A stretch of 64,000 bases of DNA from an uncultured Candidatus Saccharibacteria bacterium. Its GTDB lineage: Bacteria; Patescibacteriota; Minisyncoccia; Phycocordibacterales; WO2-35-19. Both the position numbers and the translations under genes were made by a program. The notes beneath the pieces are model-generated. The model was not told the origin of the DNA. It ran no database searches and worked only from the letters and a program-made list of their open reading frames with translations. The stretch covers positions 26,944 through 90,943 of the forward strand of contig CAZHPR010000001.1 in NCBI GenBank assembly GCA_964534305.1, read 5' to 3'. Numbering within the stretch: the first letter of the stretch is position 1; each line of letters opens with the position of its first letter. Positions 56,172 to 64,000 of this stretch are shown here, piece after piece.

Positions 56172-56939
56172 TTATTTTACATCCACACTTTTCAAAATTT
56201 CTGGAAACTCTTCTTTTTTTAGTGAAGCATGACCAACAAGAAATCCTTCTACATTACCGTAGTCTATTATGGCTCTAGCATTCGGGGCCTCAACAGCAGC
56301 TCCATAGAGGATACGCACAGAAGAAGCAATATCTTTACCAAACAATTCACCCAAAGATTTTCTGATAAAAAGGACTGTCTCGTGTATATCAGTTGGACTC
56401 ATTGCTTCTCTATAAGATTTTCCTATCGTCCAGACCGGCTCATAGGCGATAATAAGTCCCAACATATATTTCTTTTGTAAGCCGGAGATAGAATTTTTAA
56501 GTTGTTCTTTTAAGAACTCGAGATGACTTCCTTCTCTATCTCTAACACTTTCCCCGATACACAGGATTGGAGTAAGACCAGCTTCAAACACTGACTCTAA
56601 TTTTTTGTTTATTATTTTATTATCCTCACCCATTGCCCTCCTCTCAGAGTGCCCGACCAAAACAAACCTAACTCCCAAATCTTTGAGCATTTGATTGCTC
56701 ACTTCCCCAGTAAAGGCGCCCTTTTCTTCAAAATACGAGTTTTGTGCTGTAATAAATAGATTTTTAGGTCTGCTTATTTTTGACAACAGCCCAAGATACA
56801 CAAAAGGAGGAGCGACCAAAACCTCTGTATTTTTGAGTACTGAGGCGGTCTTTTTTGTAAAATTAAATATACTTTTTGCTTCTTCAAGAGAACTCGGGTT
56901 CATCTTCCAATTTGCTATAACTATATTTTTCTTTTTCAT
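56172..56939 (-). CDS. tpiA: Triosephosphate isomerase
   Basis: …IANWKMN… and …VGHSERR… motifs. Its stop codon lies inside the right inverted repeat. Confidence 0.9.
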   Translation of the reverse strand: MKKKNIVIANWKMNPSSLEEAKSIFNFTKKTASVLKNTEVLVAPPFVYLGLLSKISRPKNLFITAQNSYFEEKGAFTGEVSNQMLKDLGVRFVLVGHSERRAMGEDNKIINKKLESVFEAGLTPILCIGESVRDREGSHLEFLKEQLKNSISGLQKKYMLGLIIAYEPVWTIGKSYREAMSPTDIHETVLFIRKSLGELFGKDIASSVRILYGAAVEAPNARAIIDYGNVEGFLVGHASLKKEEFPEILKSVDVK

Positions 56940-56984
56940 AATCGCATTATAACAATAAAAACAAAAAGCGGGGATAGCGGTTTT

Positions 56985-58460
56985 TTACAGGACCTCTTGC
57001 CAAGAAATTATTTCATATTGATCAGAAGTTAGTGGGAATGAAGGAGGTGGACCATATAACAAATTTGCATCATATATAATGTCTCTGTTTTGGTAACCAG
57101 TGCCATCGGTATAAGCAAATCCATATCTTAAGTTTGTCGCAATCATTCCATACAAAGTCAGACTGTTTCGTATGTGATAAGGCGAGCAATCAGATTCATA
57201 ATAATACCTACCCACCCTACCATTCTGAGAAACAAGGGCTGCATCAATACGCAAATTTGTATCAGAAACAAGACCGACGTTTAAATTACCTTGCGATATA
57301 AGAGCAATAACATCGGTACCATCATAGTTTGTATAGGTGAGGTCATTGTTAACTGTAAGTTGTGGTCTTGTGGCCGGATTATCTGGAAATCTTCCTACCG
57401 CAATAGTTACCCTAGCACTATCAATACTTCCTTCTACCCAAAGATTGTCTTCAACAAAAATTAATCCATTCGCAGGAATCGGATAAGTACCAACGTTGAC
57501 AGTGTTGTTTACACTCCAAATACCCCAACCTGTCTGTCCTGCAGTATTATCACAATTATTGTCAGTATACTGAGAGGTTACCCTACGAATATTGAAGGTA
57601 TCATCTGTGTTTAAGGTTATCCTATAACCTTGAGATCCTGAGGCCGCAAAATACCTTCCGTTTGCCTGTGCCTCAGCCTTTATACTAGACAAATTATTTG
57701 TAAGACCGGTAAAATCAACTGCTGGTACCGGAAACTGTCTACCCACCTCGAAGACATCTGTCCTATTTGGTACCGGGTTTGTAGGCGGCGCCTCAAGTGG
57801 CCTAAAAGAATTATTCACCCCAACAGAAGGAGGAGCGTTTATATGAGTGTGAACAGCAAATTCATTGCCTCCGGTATGATCTGGATCGTCGTAAGAAGTT
57901 TGGGCACTAGTTATAAGATTATGAGCAAGCCCATCAAACCTTATGCCCCTATTTGAATGAATCGGACCAAAAACCTCTGTTCCCTCTCCAAACCTCATCA
58001 CATCATTTGCAGCAACAGCGTATTTTGCAAGAGAAGGTATCGCAAGCTCCACCTTTATAGTACGACTTATTGAAGAGTTCGCTGGTGTGCCGGTTGATTC
58101 TATTGTCACCTTTGTAGATCCCGTTATTGGTGGAATTATATTCAGACTATACTCTCCAACCAAGTTACCGTCCTTATCAAAAACCTGATGCACATATGGC
58201 CCCGGAGCACCGGTACCATCCTCATAATCAGTCTTGTCATGAGCGAGATGCCACCTATAATAATCAATCCCCGACTCGGCAAGTTGTATCGCCTTCTCTC
58301 TTGTAAGTAGTTGTCTGTTGGCTTCTACTGTTGTTTTGGTCCAGTTCATCAAACCGCCCATTATAATTATGGCGACCGCAGAAAATATTATTATCGGAAT
58401 AAGCAGCTCCCCTTTCTTATACTTTAGATTTAAGATTTTAGATTTAAGATTATTTTTCAT
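56985..58460 (-). CDS. Type IV pilus minor-pilin-like protein (PilX-like N-terminus)
   Basis: N-terminal hydrophobic anchor (LLIPIIIFSAVAIIIMGGL), large beta-rich C-terminal part, and position in the pilin operon. Confidence 0.45.
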   Translation of the reverse strand: MKNNLKSKILNLKYKKGELLIPIIIFSAVAIIIMGGLMNWTKTTVEANRQLLTREKAIQLAESGIDYYRWHLAHDKTDYEDGTGAPGPYVHQVFDKDGNLVGEYSLNIIPPITGSTKVTIESTGTPANSSISRTIKVELAIPSLAKYAVAANDVMRFGEGTEVFGPIHSNRGIRFDGLAHNLITSAQTSYDDPDHTGGNEFAVHTHINAPPSVGVNNSFRPLEAPPTNPVPNRTDVFEVGRQFPVPAVDFTGLTNNLSSIKAEAQANGRYFAASGSQGYRITLNTDDTFNIRRVTSQYTDNNCDNTAGQTGWGIWSVNNTVNVGTYPIPANGLIFVEDNLWVEGSIDSARVTIAVGRFPDNPATRPQLTVNNDLTYTNYDGTDVIALISQGNLNVGLVSDTNLRIDAALVSQNGRVGRYYYESDCSPYHIRNSLTLYGMIATNLRYGFAYTDGTGYQNRDIIYDANLLYGPPPSFPLTSDQYEIISWQEVL

Positions 58461-59107
58461 AAGTTGTCTTTCAGATTACGCAAAGTTACTTGGCTCACTA
58501 CTATTATAAGGCCTGGCAATTTGTTTATATCTTTTTCTATTGGGACACTTATCCTGATATGCCTCACAGCTGGTATATTTATCGGAAAAGTAAGAGGTGA
58601 ACTTGTGCCAGAATAATTTTGGTCATAGTAATCAAATATCGGAGTAGTTGTTGGTTGAATATCTCTTATCAATGTAGAGACTACTTCGTTTGCTGGGTTG
58701 TAAGTCAAAGGTGATCCAGAGGGTTTTGTAACACCTTTTTTAAAAGTAGTACCTTGCAAGAAGTATCTGATCTGTTCCTTGTTTGCGTCACTGTCTATAT
58801 TGCTAAAGAAGGTAATAGAAGAGGTACTGACAGACGCTATTGGGTAAGCTCCGAGGCTTGATGGAGAAGTGCTTCGAAGCTCTTTGACCATTGTTTTCAA
58901 GACTCTTCTGCCATCAGTCTGCGCGTTTAAGTTGGCACCGGCTGTAGAGTTTATAGAAAATATGTCTTGACCAAATTGCAAAACAACCAAAAATATTCCT
59001 CCGGCAATAGCAACAGTGACAACTACTTCGGCCAAGCTAAATCCCGCGTTATTTTTTAATCCATTCATTTTTCTCAGGATCTCTGATTTGTAATTTATAA
59101 TTTTCAT
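58457..59107 (-). CDS. Prepilin-type N-terminal-domain protein (minor pseudopilin)
   Basis: GFSLAEVVVTVAIAGGIFLVV prepilin cleavage/methylation motif. Confidence 0.65.
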   Translation of the reverse strand: MKIINYKSEILRKMNGLKNNAGFSLAEVVVTVAIAGGIFLVVLQFGQDIFSINSTAGANLNAQTDGRRVLKTMVKELRSTSPSSLGAYPIASVSTSSITFFSNIDSDANKEQIRYFLQGTTFKKGVTKPSGSPLTYNPANEVVSTLIRDIQPTTTPIFDYYDQNYSGTSSPLTFPINIPAVRHIRISVPIEKDINKLPGLIIVVSQVTLRNLKDNL

Positions 59108-59110
59108 TTT

Positions 59111-60901
59111 TTATATTGGCGACATTAAAACATCAACCTCTTGCCAAGCACTATCTATTGTTACCGGTAAACTCTGATTAACAAATCCCGGAGCGGATAC
59201 ATCCAAAGAGTAGCCACCGTTTGATAGTGATCCGAAATTTACTTGACCTGGTGGTATGCAGGAAGAAGAGAAAGAAATAATAAAATCAGAAACATTTGGA
59301 GTGTAGGATTGGTCGGCAGTAGAAAGAAACATTTTGTATCTTATATATCTATCACCGTTATGGACTCCGTTTATATTGTTGTTAGAAATTGTATAAAAAG
59401 TTGAAGCAGTACCATCAGGACCCTTAAAATCCCAAGTTGTAGTTGCGGTATTATCTATAGATGTTGCTATTTGGAATCTAACACTGTTTGGTCCTGATTG
59501 TAGAGGCTGATCTGTTGGAACAATATCGACCCTGCTCCAATTAGAAGAGGTGCCCGTATCAAATATAGAAGAAGTGATCTCACCACTTAAAACATAATTG
59601 CCCAGAGAATTAAGCAGCTTTAGCTCTCCAGCAGGGTTTGATATTTCTATATTTCCATCTTGATTATCAAACCTAGTCGAATCAACAAAGTTTGTTTGAC
59701 CACTACCACCAGACCAATCAGTCTGCCTCAAAAATCCCCTATCGGTCTCTAGTGTACCAACACCAGAAAGAGTGACGGAGGCGCCGGATATAGGTAGACT
59801 AGTTGCTACATCTTTAACCTTTACCAACAAAATATTTGGACTCTTGTCAGAAACTGAGATATCTACACTCTGCACCGAATCGGGCAAAACAGAGAGCGCA
59901 CCAACGGGATTCGTCCCAGCAGAATAAAAACCTCCAGTTAGAGAGAAAGATAAAGAATCCCACTCAACACCAGAAATATTTCTAAGACCAGAGGTGTCGG
60001 TACTGCCACTATAAGACCATTTGTAGATATTTGGACTTGTCCCAATAAGTTTGGTCCCTCTTATACTAAGCGGTACGTTAGGGACGACTTCACAAAAATT
60101 ATTTATCGTTCTTATGTTCAAGCTGCTTGTCTTGTCTATAACAAAAGAATTCTGAGTTACCTGCTGCAACACAACAGTTGAATCAGGGTTGGTTGGGTTT
60201 GGATTTGATACAGAAGAAGCATAGGTACGATCTGAAGTAAACCCGAGTTTACTAACAATAATATTGTAAGCATTTATTCCAGGTACAGCATCAACGATAT
60301 CCAGAGAACCTTGGTTGTTTGTTGTTTCGTCTATATATATCCCCTGACTACTATTTGTAACCTGAACTCTTGCTTGAGGAACCGGGTTACCATTGGCATC
60401 AAATACCTTTATAAAAAGGGCTCCATTGGTTGACGCTGTCTCCAAATTTTTTGGAGCAATGTGACCGGTTGCCACCATCTCTTGTGGGTCTTTACATGAA
60501 GTACAGGCAATGGAGACCTCAAAAAGCTTGTAATCAGCAGGTGAAAGATCATTTGGAGAGCCACCAATAGTACCATCAAAAGGGTCATCAACATTCCTAA
60601 CCGTTCTTGTTATCAAGAATGTTCTCCCATCTCTAACAACCGTCGATGTAGCAGAGAGGACCCCAGACGGAATACCGCCGATTATACCGACTGAACTAAA
60701 CGGCAAATTACGAGCGATTTCAAATTGTTCATTTATAAGATCAGCACTCGTAACCTTCTCTCTAGAAACGGCTATCAATCTATTTAAAGAGAAAAAACCT
60801 TGATAGACAGAAATCGCAATAACAGAAAATATACTAGCGGCAATTATAACCTCTATAAGAGACATCCCGTCTGAATTATATTTTAGATTTTTAAATTTCA
60901 T
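59111..60901 (-). CDS. Large prepilin-type N-terminal-domain protein (minor pilin or tip-adhesin-like)
   Basis: GMSLIEVIIAASIFSVIAISV prepilin motif followed by about 550 aa of beta-rich Ser/Thr/Asn-rich sequence. Confidence 0.55.
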   Translation of the reverse strand: MKFKNLKYNSDGMSLIEVIIAASIFSVIAISVYQGFFSLNRLIAVSREKVTSADLINEQFEIARNLPFSSVGIIGGIPSGVLSATSTVVRDGRTFLITRTVRNVDDPFDGTIGGSPNDLSPADYKLFEVSIACTSCKDPQEMVATGHIAPKNLETASTNGALFIKVFDANGNPVPQARVQVTNSSQGIYIDETTNNQGSLDIVDAVPGINAYNIIVSKLGFTSDRTYASSVSNPNPTNPDSTVVLQQVTQNSFVIDKTSSLNIRTINNFCEVVPNVPLSIRGTKLIGTSPNIYKWSYSGSTDTSGLRNISGVEWDSLSFSLTGGFYSAGTNPVGALSVLPDSVQSVDISVSDKSPNILLVKVKDVATSLPISGASVTLSGVGTLETDRGFLRQTDWSGGSGQTNFVDSTRFDNQDGNIEISNPAGELKLLNSLGNYVLSGEITSSIFDTGTSSNWSRVDIVPTDQPLQSGPNSVRFQIATSIDNTATTTWDFKGPDGTASTFYTISNNNINGVHNGDRYIRYKMFLSTADQSYTPNVSDFIISFSSSCIPPGQVNFGSLSNGGYSLDVSAPGFVNQSLPVTIDSAWQEVDVLMSPI

Positions 60902-60908
60902 CCAAAAA

Positions 60909-62117
60909 TTATTTTATGGCATCAACAAGCGAGTATGTTGGCAAAAGCATTGCAATTGCAAAGAGACCCACTGCGATACCTATAAATATCATAAGTATTG
61001 GTTCTATTATGGTAGAAAGATCCTTGGTCTTTTGATCAACCTCCGCTTCATAAAAATCGGCTATATTGTCTAGCATATCTGTCACCTTTCCGGTCTCCTC
61101 ACCAACTGCAAGCATCTCACTCACAAATATTGGGTATAGATTAAAGGGTTTGGATAAACACTCAGAAAGTAATTCTCCTGTTTGAACTCTTTTGGTAGCT
61201 CCTTGAATAATTGCCTTAAAATAATGGTTTCTTAGAACTCCAGCGGTTATATCAAGGGCTGAAACTATATCCACCCCAGACGATATAAGAGAAGATAGGG
61301 TACGAGATGTTCTAGCAGCGTTGACTTCTCTAGTCATCGTACCAATAACTGGCAGATGAAGAAAAACAAAATCAGCAATATTCTTACCTCTCTTGGTTTT
61401 TAAGAAACTTGTGACACCAAATATAACCGCGACCGCAACCCCGAAGTTTATAAGCAAATTGTTTCTAATAAAATCACTTATCGCAATAATTATCCTTGTT
61501 GGTAAGGGCAGGTTTATATTCAGTCCTCTAAAAGTTTCGGTGAGAGTCGGCACCATATAAATCATAAGCAGGATACCCATTACAATCATAAGACTGATTA
61601 TTATGGAGGGATACATCATTGCCCCCTTTATTTTTTTGGTCAATTGACTTGATTTTTCTAGCTGACTTGCTACAACTCGCAACGAAAAAGAAAGCTTACC
61701 AGATTCTTCGCCTGCCTTAACCATCGAAACAAATATATCAGAGAAAATATCTTTATAGCTCTCCATTGCCTTGGATAGAGTATCTCCTTTGTTTATAGAA
61801 TCATAAAGCCCTTGGAGGACCGAAACAAATTTTTTATTCTTTGACTGTTTCTGCATGATGCTTATCGCCCTTGAAACAGAGAGACCAGCATCTATCATAA
61901 CCGCCAAATTTTTGGCAAAAGATATCACTTCTTGCGCCTTAACCCTTTTTAGAAAAGAGAAATTTAGAGATATTTTTCTACCAGAAACCTCTTCAACCGA
62001 GACAACGGTTGCCAGGTTTTTGCGCACCGCAAGGTAAAGCTCCTGTTTATTCTCAAATTCTCTTGTCTCTTCGTATTCTTTACCGTCCTTTATTGCTTTA
62101 TATTTGTACAACGACAT
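60909..62117 (-). CDS. pilC: Type IV pilus assembly platform protein PilC (GspF family)
   Basis: Two T2SS-F repeats and three TM helices. Confidence 0.85.
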   Translation of the reverse strand: MSLYKYKAIKDGKEYEETREFENKQELYLAVRKNLATVVSVEEVSGRKISLNFSFLKRVKAQEVISFAKNLAVMIDAGLSVSRAISIMQKQSKNKKFVSVLQGLYDSINKGDTLSKAMESYKDIFSDIFVSMVKAGEESGKLSFSLRVVASQLEKSSQLTKKIKGAMMYPSIIISLMIVMGILLMIYMVPTLTETFRGLNINLPLPTRIIIAISDFIRNNLLINFGVAVAVIFGVTSFLKTKRGKNIADFVFLHLPVIGTMTREVNAARTSRTLSSLISSGVDIVSALDITAGVLRNHYFKAIIQGATKRVQTGELLSECLSKPFNLYPIFVSEMLAVGEETGKVTDMLDNIADFYEAEVDQKTKDLSTIIEPILMIFIGIAVGLFAIAMLLPTYSLVDAIK

Positions 62118-62235
62118 AAATAGAAAATTAATTTTCTATTTAATTATATCAGTATAAAAAAATTTTTTTATAGAATATGTAAATAACTCACCCCCTGCCC
62201 CCTCTCTTACAACAAGAGAGGGGGTAAGAAAAAAA

Positions 62236-62610
62236 TTACTCAGGTCTGCAATATATCTCTAATCTAATATCACTCGGATCATCAAACCAGATAAATTCTT
62301 TATCACCATACTTATCAATTTTGATTCCGCTGTTTTTTATACCTACTTTATTTAAAACTCTCTCGAGTTCTCTTAATTCCTCTCCTGTTTTTACTCCAAA
62401 AGCCAAATGGTTCAAACTGGTTTTGTCTTTATCTGATTTTTCGTATTCTCCATAAGGCAGACCAAAAAATATTTTGGTTTCTCCAATTTTGTAAGCAACC
62501 TGATTTTTATCTTGATAGTCTGGTTTACCAAGAAAAGAAGAATAGAATTTTTCTGTCTTCTCAATGTTCTTAACTATCAAAACTATGTGGTCTATATATT
62601 TAGGGTGCAT
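62236..62610 (-). CDS. VOC-family (glyoxalase/bleomycin-resistance/dioxygenase) protein
   Basis: …IDHIVLIVKNIEKTEKFY… N-terminal beta-alpha-beta-beta-beta module. Confidence 0.7.
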   Translation of the reverse strand: MHPKYIDHIVLIVKNIEKTEKFYSSFLGKPDYQDKNQVAYKIGETKIFFGLPYGEYEKSDKDKTSLNHLAFGVKTGEELRELERVLNKVGIKNSGIKIDKYGDKEFIWFDDPSDIRLEIYCRPE

Positions 62611-62614
62611 ATTT

Positions 62615-62968
62615 TTATAGTTTATTTTTTAAAGAATTTTCTATTATAACTTTCAAAACTCCTTCAATATCTTTTACTACTTCATTATTCCAAAATCTTA
62701 TAGTTCTTATATCTTTATCTTTTAAAAAGTCCTCGCGTTCTTGGTCGTATTCTACAGCACTTTTATGTTGTTCACCATCTAGTTCTATCGCAAGTCTTTT
62801 TTCTGCACAAAAGAAATCTAGTATATACGGGCCTGCACTATATTGTCTTAAAAATTTTAAATTGTTTACTTGTCTGTTCCTAATTTTTGACCAAAGGAGT
62901 CTTTCTGCTTCAGTTTGATTTGACCTGAGTTCACGTCGTCGCTCTAGTTGGTTTTGGTCGTTATACAT
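62615..62968 (-). CDS. DUF559 (Vsr-like) endonuclease-domain protein, second near-identical copy
   Basis: Identical to the 55648 copy except for the C-terminal 20-25 residues. Confidence 0.85.
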   Translation of the reverse strand: MYNDQNQLERRRELRSNQTEAERLLWSKIRNRQVNNLKFLRQYSAGPYILDFFCAEKRLAIELDGEQHKSAVEYDQEREDFLKDKDIRTIRFWNNEVVKDIEGVLKVIIENSLKNKL

Positions 62969-63141
62969 ATTTGTATGATTCCGGTTTCCCCCTTGTTGTA
63001 AGGGGTGAGAATGCGCAGTATTCGCAAGACTTTTTGAGATATTTTTATGCAATTAAAATATCCAAAAAGTGTACAGTCCTTGTAAGGGATTAGGGGGGTT
63101 ATTCCCCCTATCTTGTTGTAAGAGAGGGGTTAGGGGGTGAG

Positions 63142-64000
63142 TTATTCCGAAACCACCCTGAGCACTTCCTCAATTGTTGTCAATCCTTGAGCAGCCTTGA
63201 AGATACCATCTTCCATCATGGTGAGCATCCCCTCTTTTTTTGCTTGCAGTTCTATATCTTCAGTTGTTCCGCCTTTGATAATTATATCCTTGATCGCACT
63301 TGAAACGTTGAGCACCTCATAGATACCAACTCTACCCTTAAAACCCTCCTCACCCACATCTTTGTTTGGTTTGTAAAAAGGTACGTTTTTCCATTCGTCT
63401 TTATTTCCTATTATTTTCTCTTCTTTCAAAGCCTTGAGTACTCTGTCCATATCAATAACCTTTGCAATGGAATCAACCTCGGCTTGAGTAAGGTAGTGTT
63501 TCTCACCTCGATCTACCAACTTTCTTACCAATCTCTGACCGATAACAACATCAAGAGTTGAGATCATGAGAAATGGCTCTACCTTCATATCTATAAGTCT
63601 AGGCACAGCACCAGCCGCTGAGTTGGTGTGTAAAGTAGAGAGAACCAGGTGTCCAGTAAGAGAAGCGTTGATAGCAAGAGAGGCGGTCTCATTGTCTCTA
63701 ATCTCTCCAACCATTATGATATCCGGGTCCTGTCTCACAAGAGTACGGAGTCCGGCTGCAAAGGTAAGACCTATTTCAGGCTTAACCTGAGTCTGATTAA
63801 CTCTTTTCATCTGGTATTCAATCGGATCTTCAATAGTAGAAATATTTACGTCTGGAACATTTAAGATATCAAGCATTGTATAGAGGGTGGTGGACTTTCC
63901 GCTTCCAGTAGGACCAGTTGTAAGTACCATACCGGTTGTGTGCTGCAAAGCCTTGTGCAAAACATCAAGACCTTCTCCATGAAAACCAAGGGCTTCTAGA
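63142..64000 (-). CDS. pilB: Type IV pilus assembly ATPase PilB/GspE, C-terminal ATPase domain; the gene continues beyond the window end
   Basis: Walker A GPTGSGKSTT, Asp box, Walker B and His box of GspE-family ATPases. Its stop codon lies inside the right inverted repeat of the cassette. Confidence 0.8.
   Translation of the reverse strand, partial: LEALGFHGEGLDVLHKALQHTTGMVLTTGPTGSGKSTTLYTMLDILNVPDVNISTIEDPIEYQMKRVNQTQVKPEIGLTFAAGLRTLVRQDPDIIMVGEIRDNETASLAINASLTGHLVLSTLHTNSAAGAVPRLIDMKVEPFLMISTLDVVIGQRLVRKLVDRGEKHYLTQAEVDSIAKVIDMDRVLKALKEEKIIGNKDEWKNVPFYKPNKDVGEEGFKGRVGIYEVLNVSSAIKDIIIKGGTTEDIELQAKKEGMLTMMEDGIFKAAQGLTTIEEVLRVVSE

Larger units (their letters stand above)
55004..56176. mobile_element. 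Cassette flanked by inverted repeats carrying a 186-aa hypothetical gene plus a DUF559 endonuclease gene
   Basis: Left arm 55004-55049 AATAACTCACCCCCTATCCCCCTCTCTTACAACAAGAGAGGGGGGAC. Right arm 56117-56176 is its imperfect reverse complement (…CCCCTATCTTGTTGTAAGAGAGGGGTTAGGGGGTGAGTTATT). Confidence 0.6.
62182..63146. mobile_element. Cassette flanked by inverted repeats carrying a VOC/glyoxalase gene plus a DUF559 endonuclease gene, inserted between pilC and pilB
   Basis: Left arm 62182-62225 AATAACTCACCCCCTGCCCCCTCTCTTACAACAAGAGAGGGGGT. Right arm 63087-63146 is its imperfect reverse complement. Positions 62683-63146 are 100% identical to 55713-56176. Confidence 0.6.

Overview
This is a gene-dense, AT-rich window (roughly 35-40% G+C by eye), mostly single-copy housekeeping genes. 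Several features resemble a Candidate Phyla Radiation / Patescibacteria-type genome: no L30 gene between rpsE and rplO, a trigger factor without a PPIase domain, a short pgk, lone type IV pilus genes and many small hypothetical membrane proteins. Recognisable content includes nusA, ppa, tig, rsmE, clpP, rny, ndk, map, adk, secY, a truncated spc ribosomal cluster (S14-S8-L6-L18-S5-L15), the str operon (rpsL-rpsG-fusA, no tuf), recG, ftsH, smpB with a tmRNA, comM, pnp, recJ, rnhA, pgk, tpiA, two tRNAs (Ser-GCU and Ile-UAU), a CsoR-CopA copper-resistance module with a candidate operator, and a type IV pilus cluster (pilB, pilC and three prepilin-like genes). The most unusual signal is a family of G+C-rich palindromic elements of the form CCCCTCTC-loop-GAGAGGGG-TTAGGGGTGAGTTATT. 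They occur as solo copies that overlap gene 3' ends and supply stop codons, as 45-bp in-frame insertions inside rsmE and a beta-CASP MBL ribonuclease gene (both encode the peptide STSPLTPLLAK[EK]RGT), and as approx. 45-60 bp terminal inverted repeats around small cassettes that each carry a DUF559 (Vsr-like) endonuclease gene. There are three such cassettes, two of which also carry a cargo gene; one sits between adk and map and another between pilB and pilC. Two of the cassettes share a 464-bp stretch that is 100% identical. The window also holds a candidate tRNA-dependent cyclodipeptide synthase, several short G+C-rich islands that look foreign, a split comEC, and a tRNA-Ile with a UAU anticodon.
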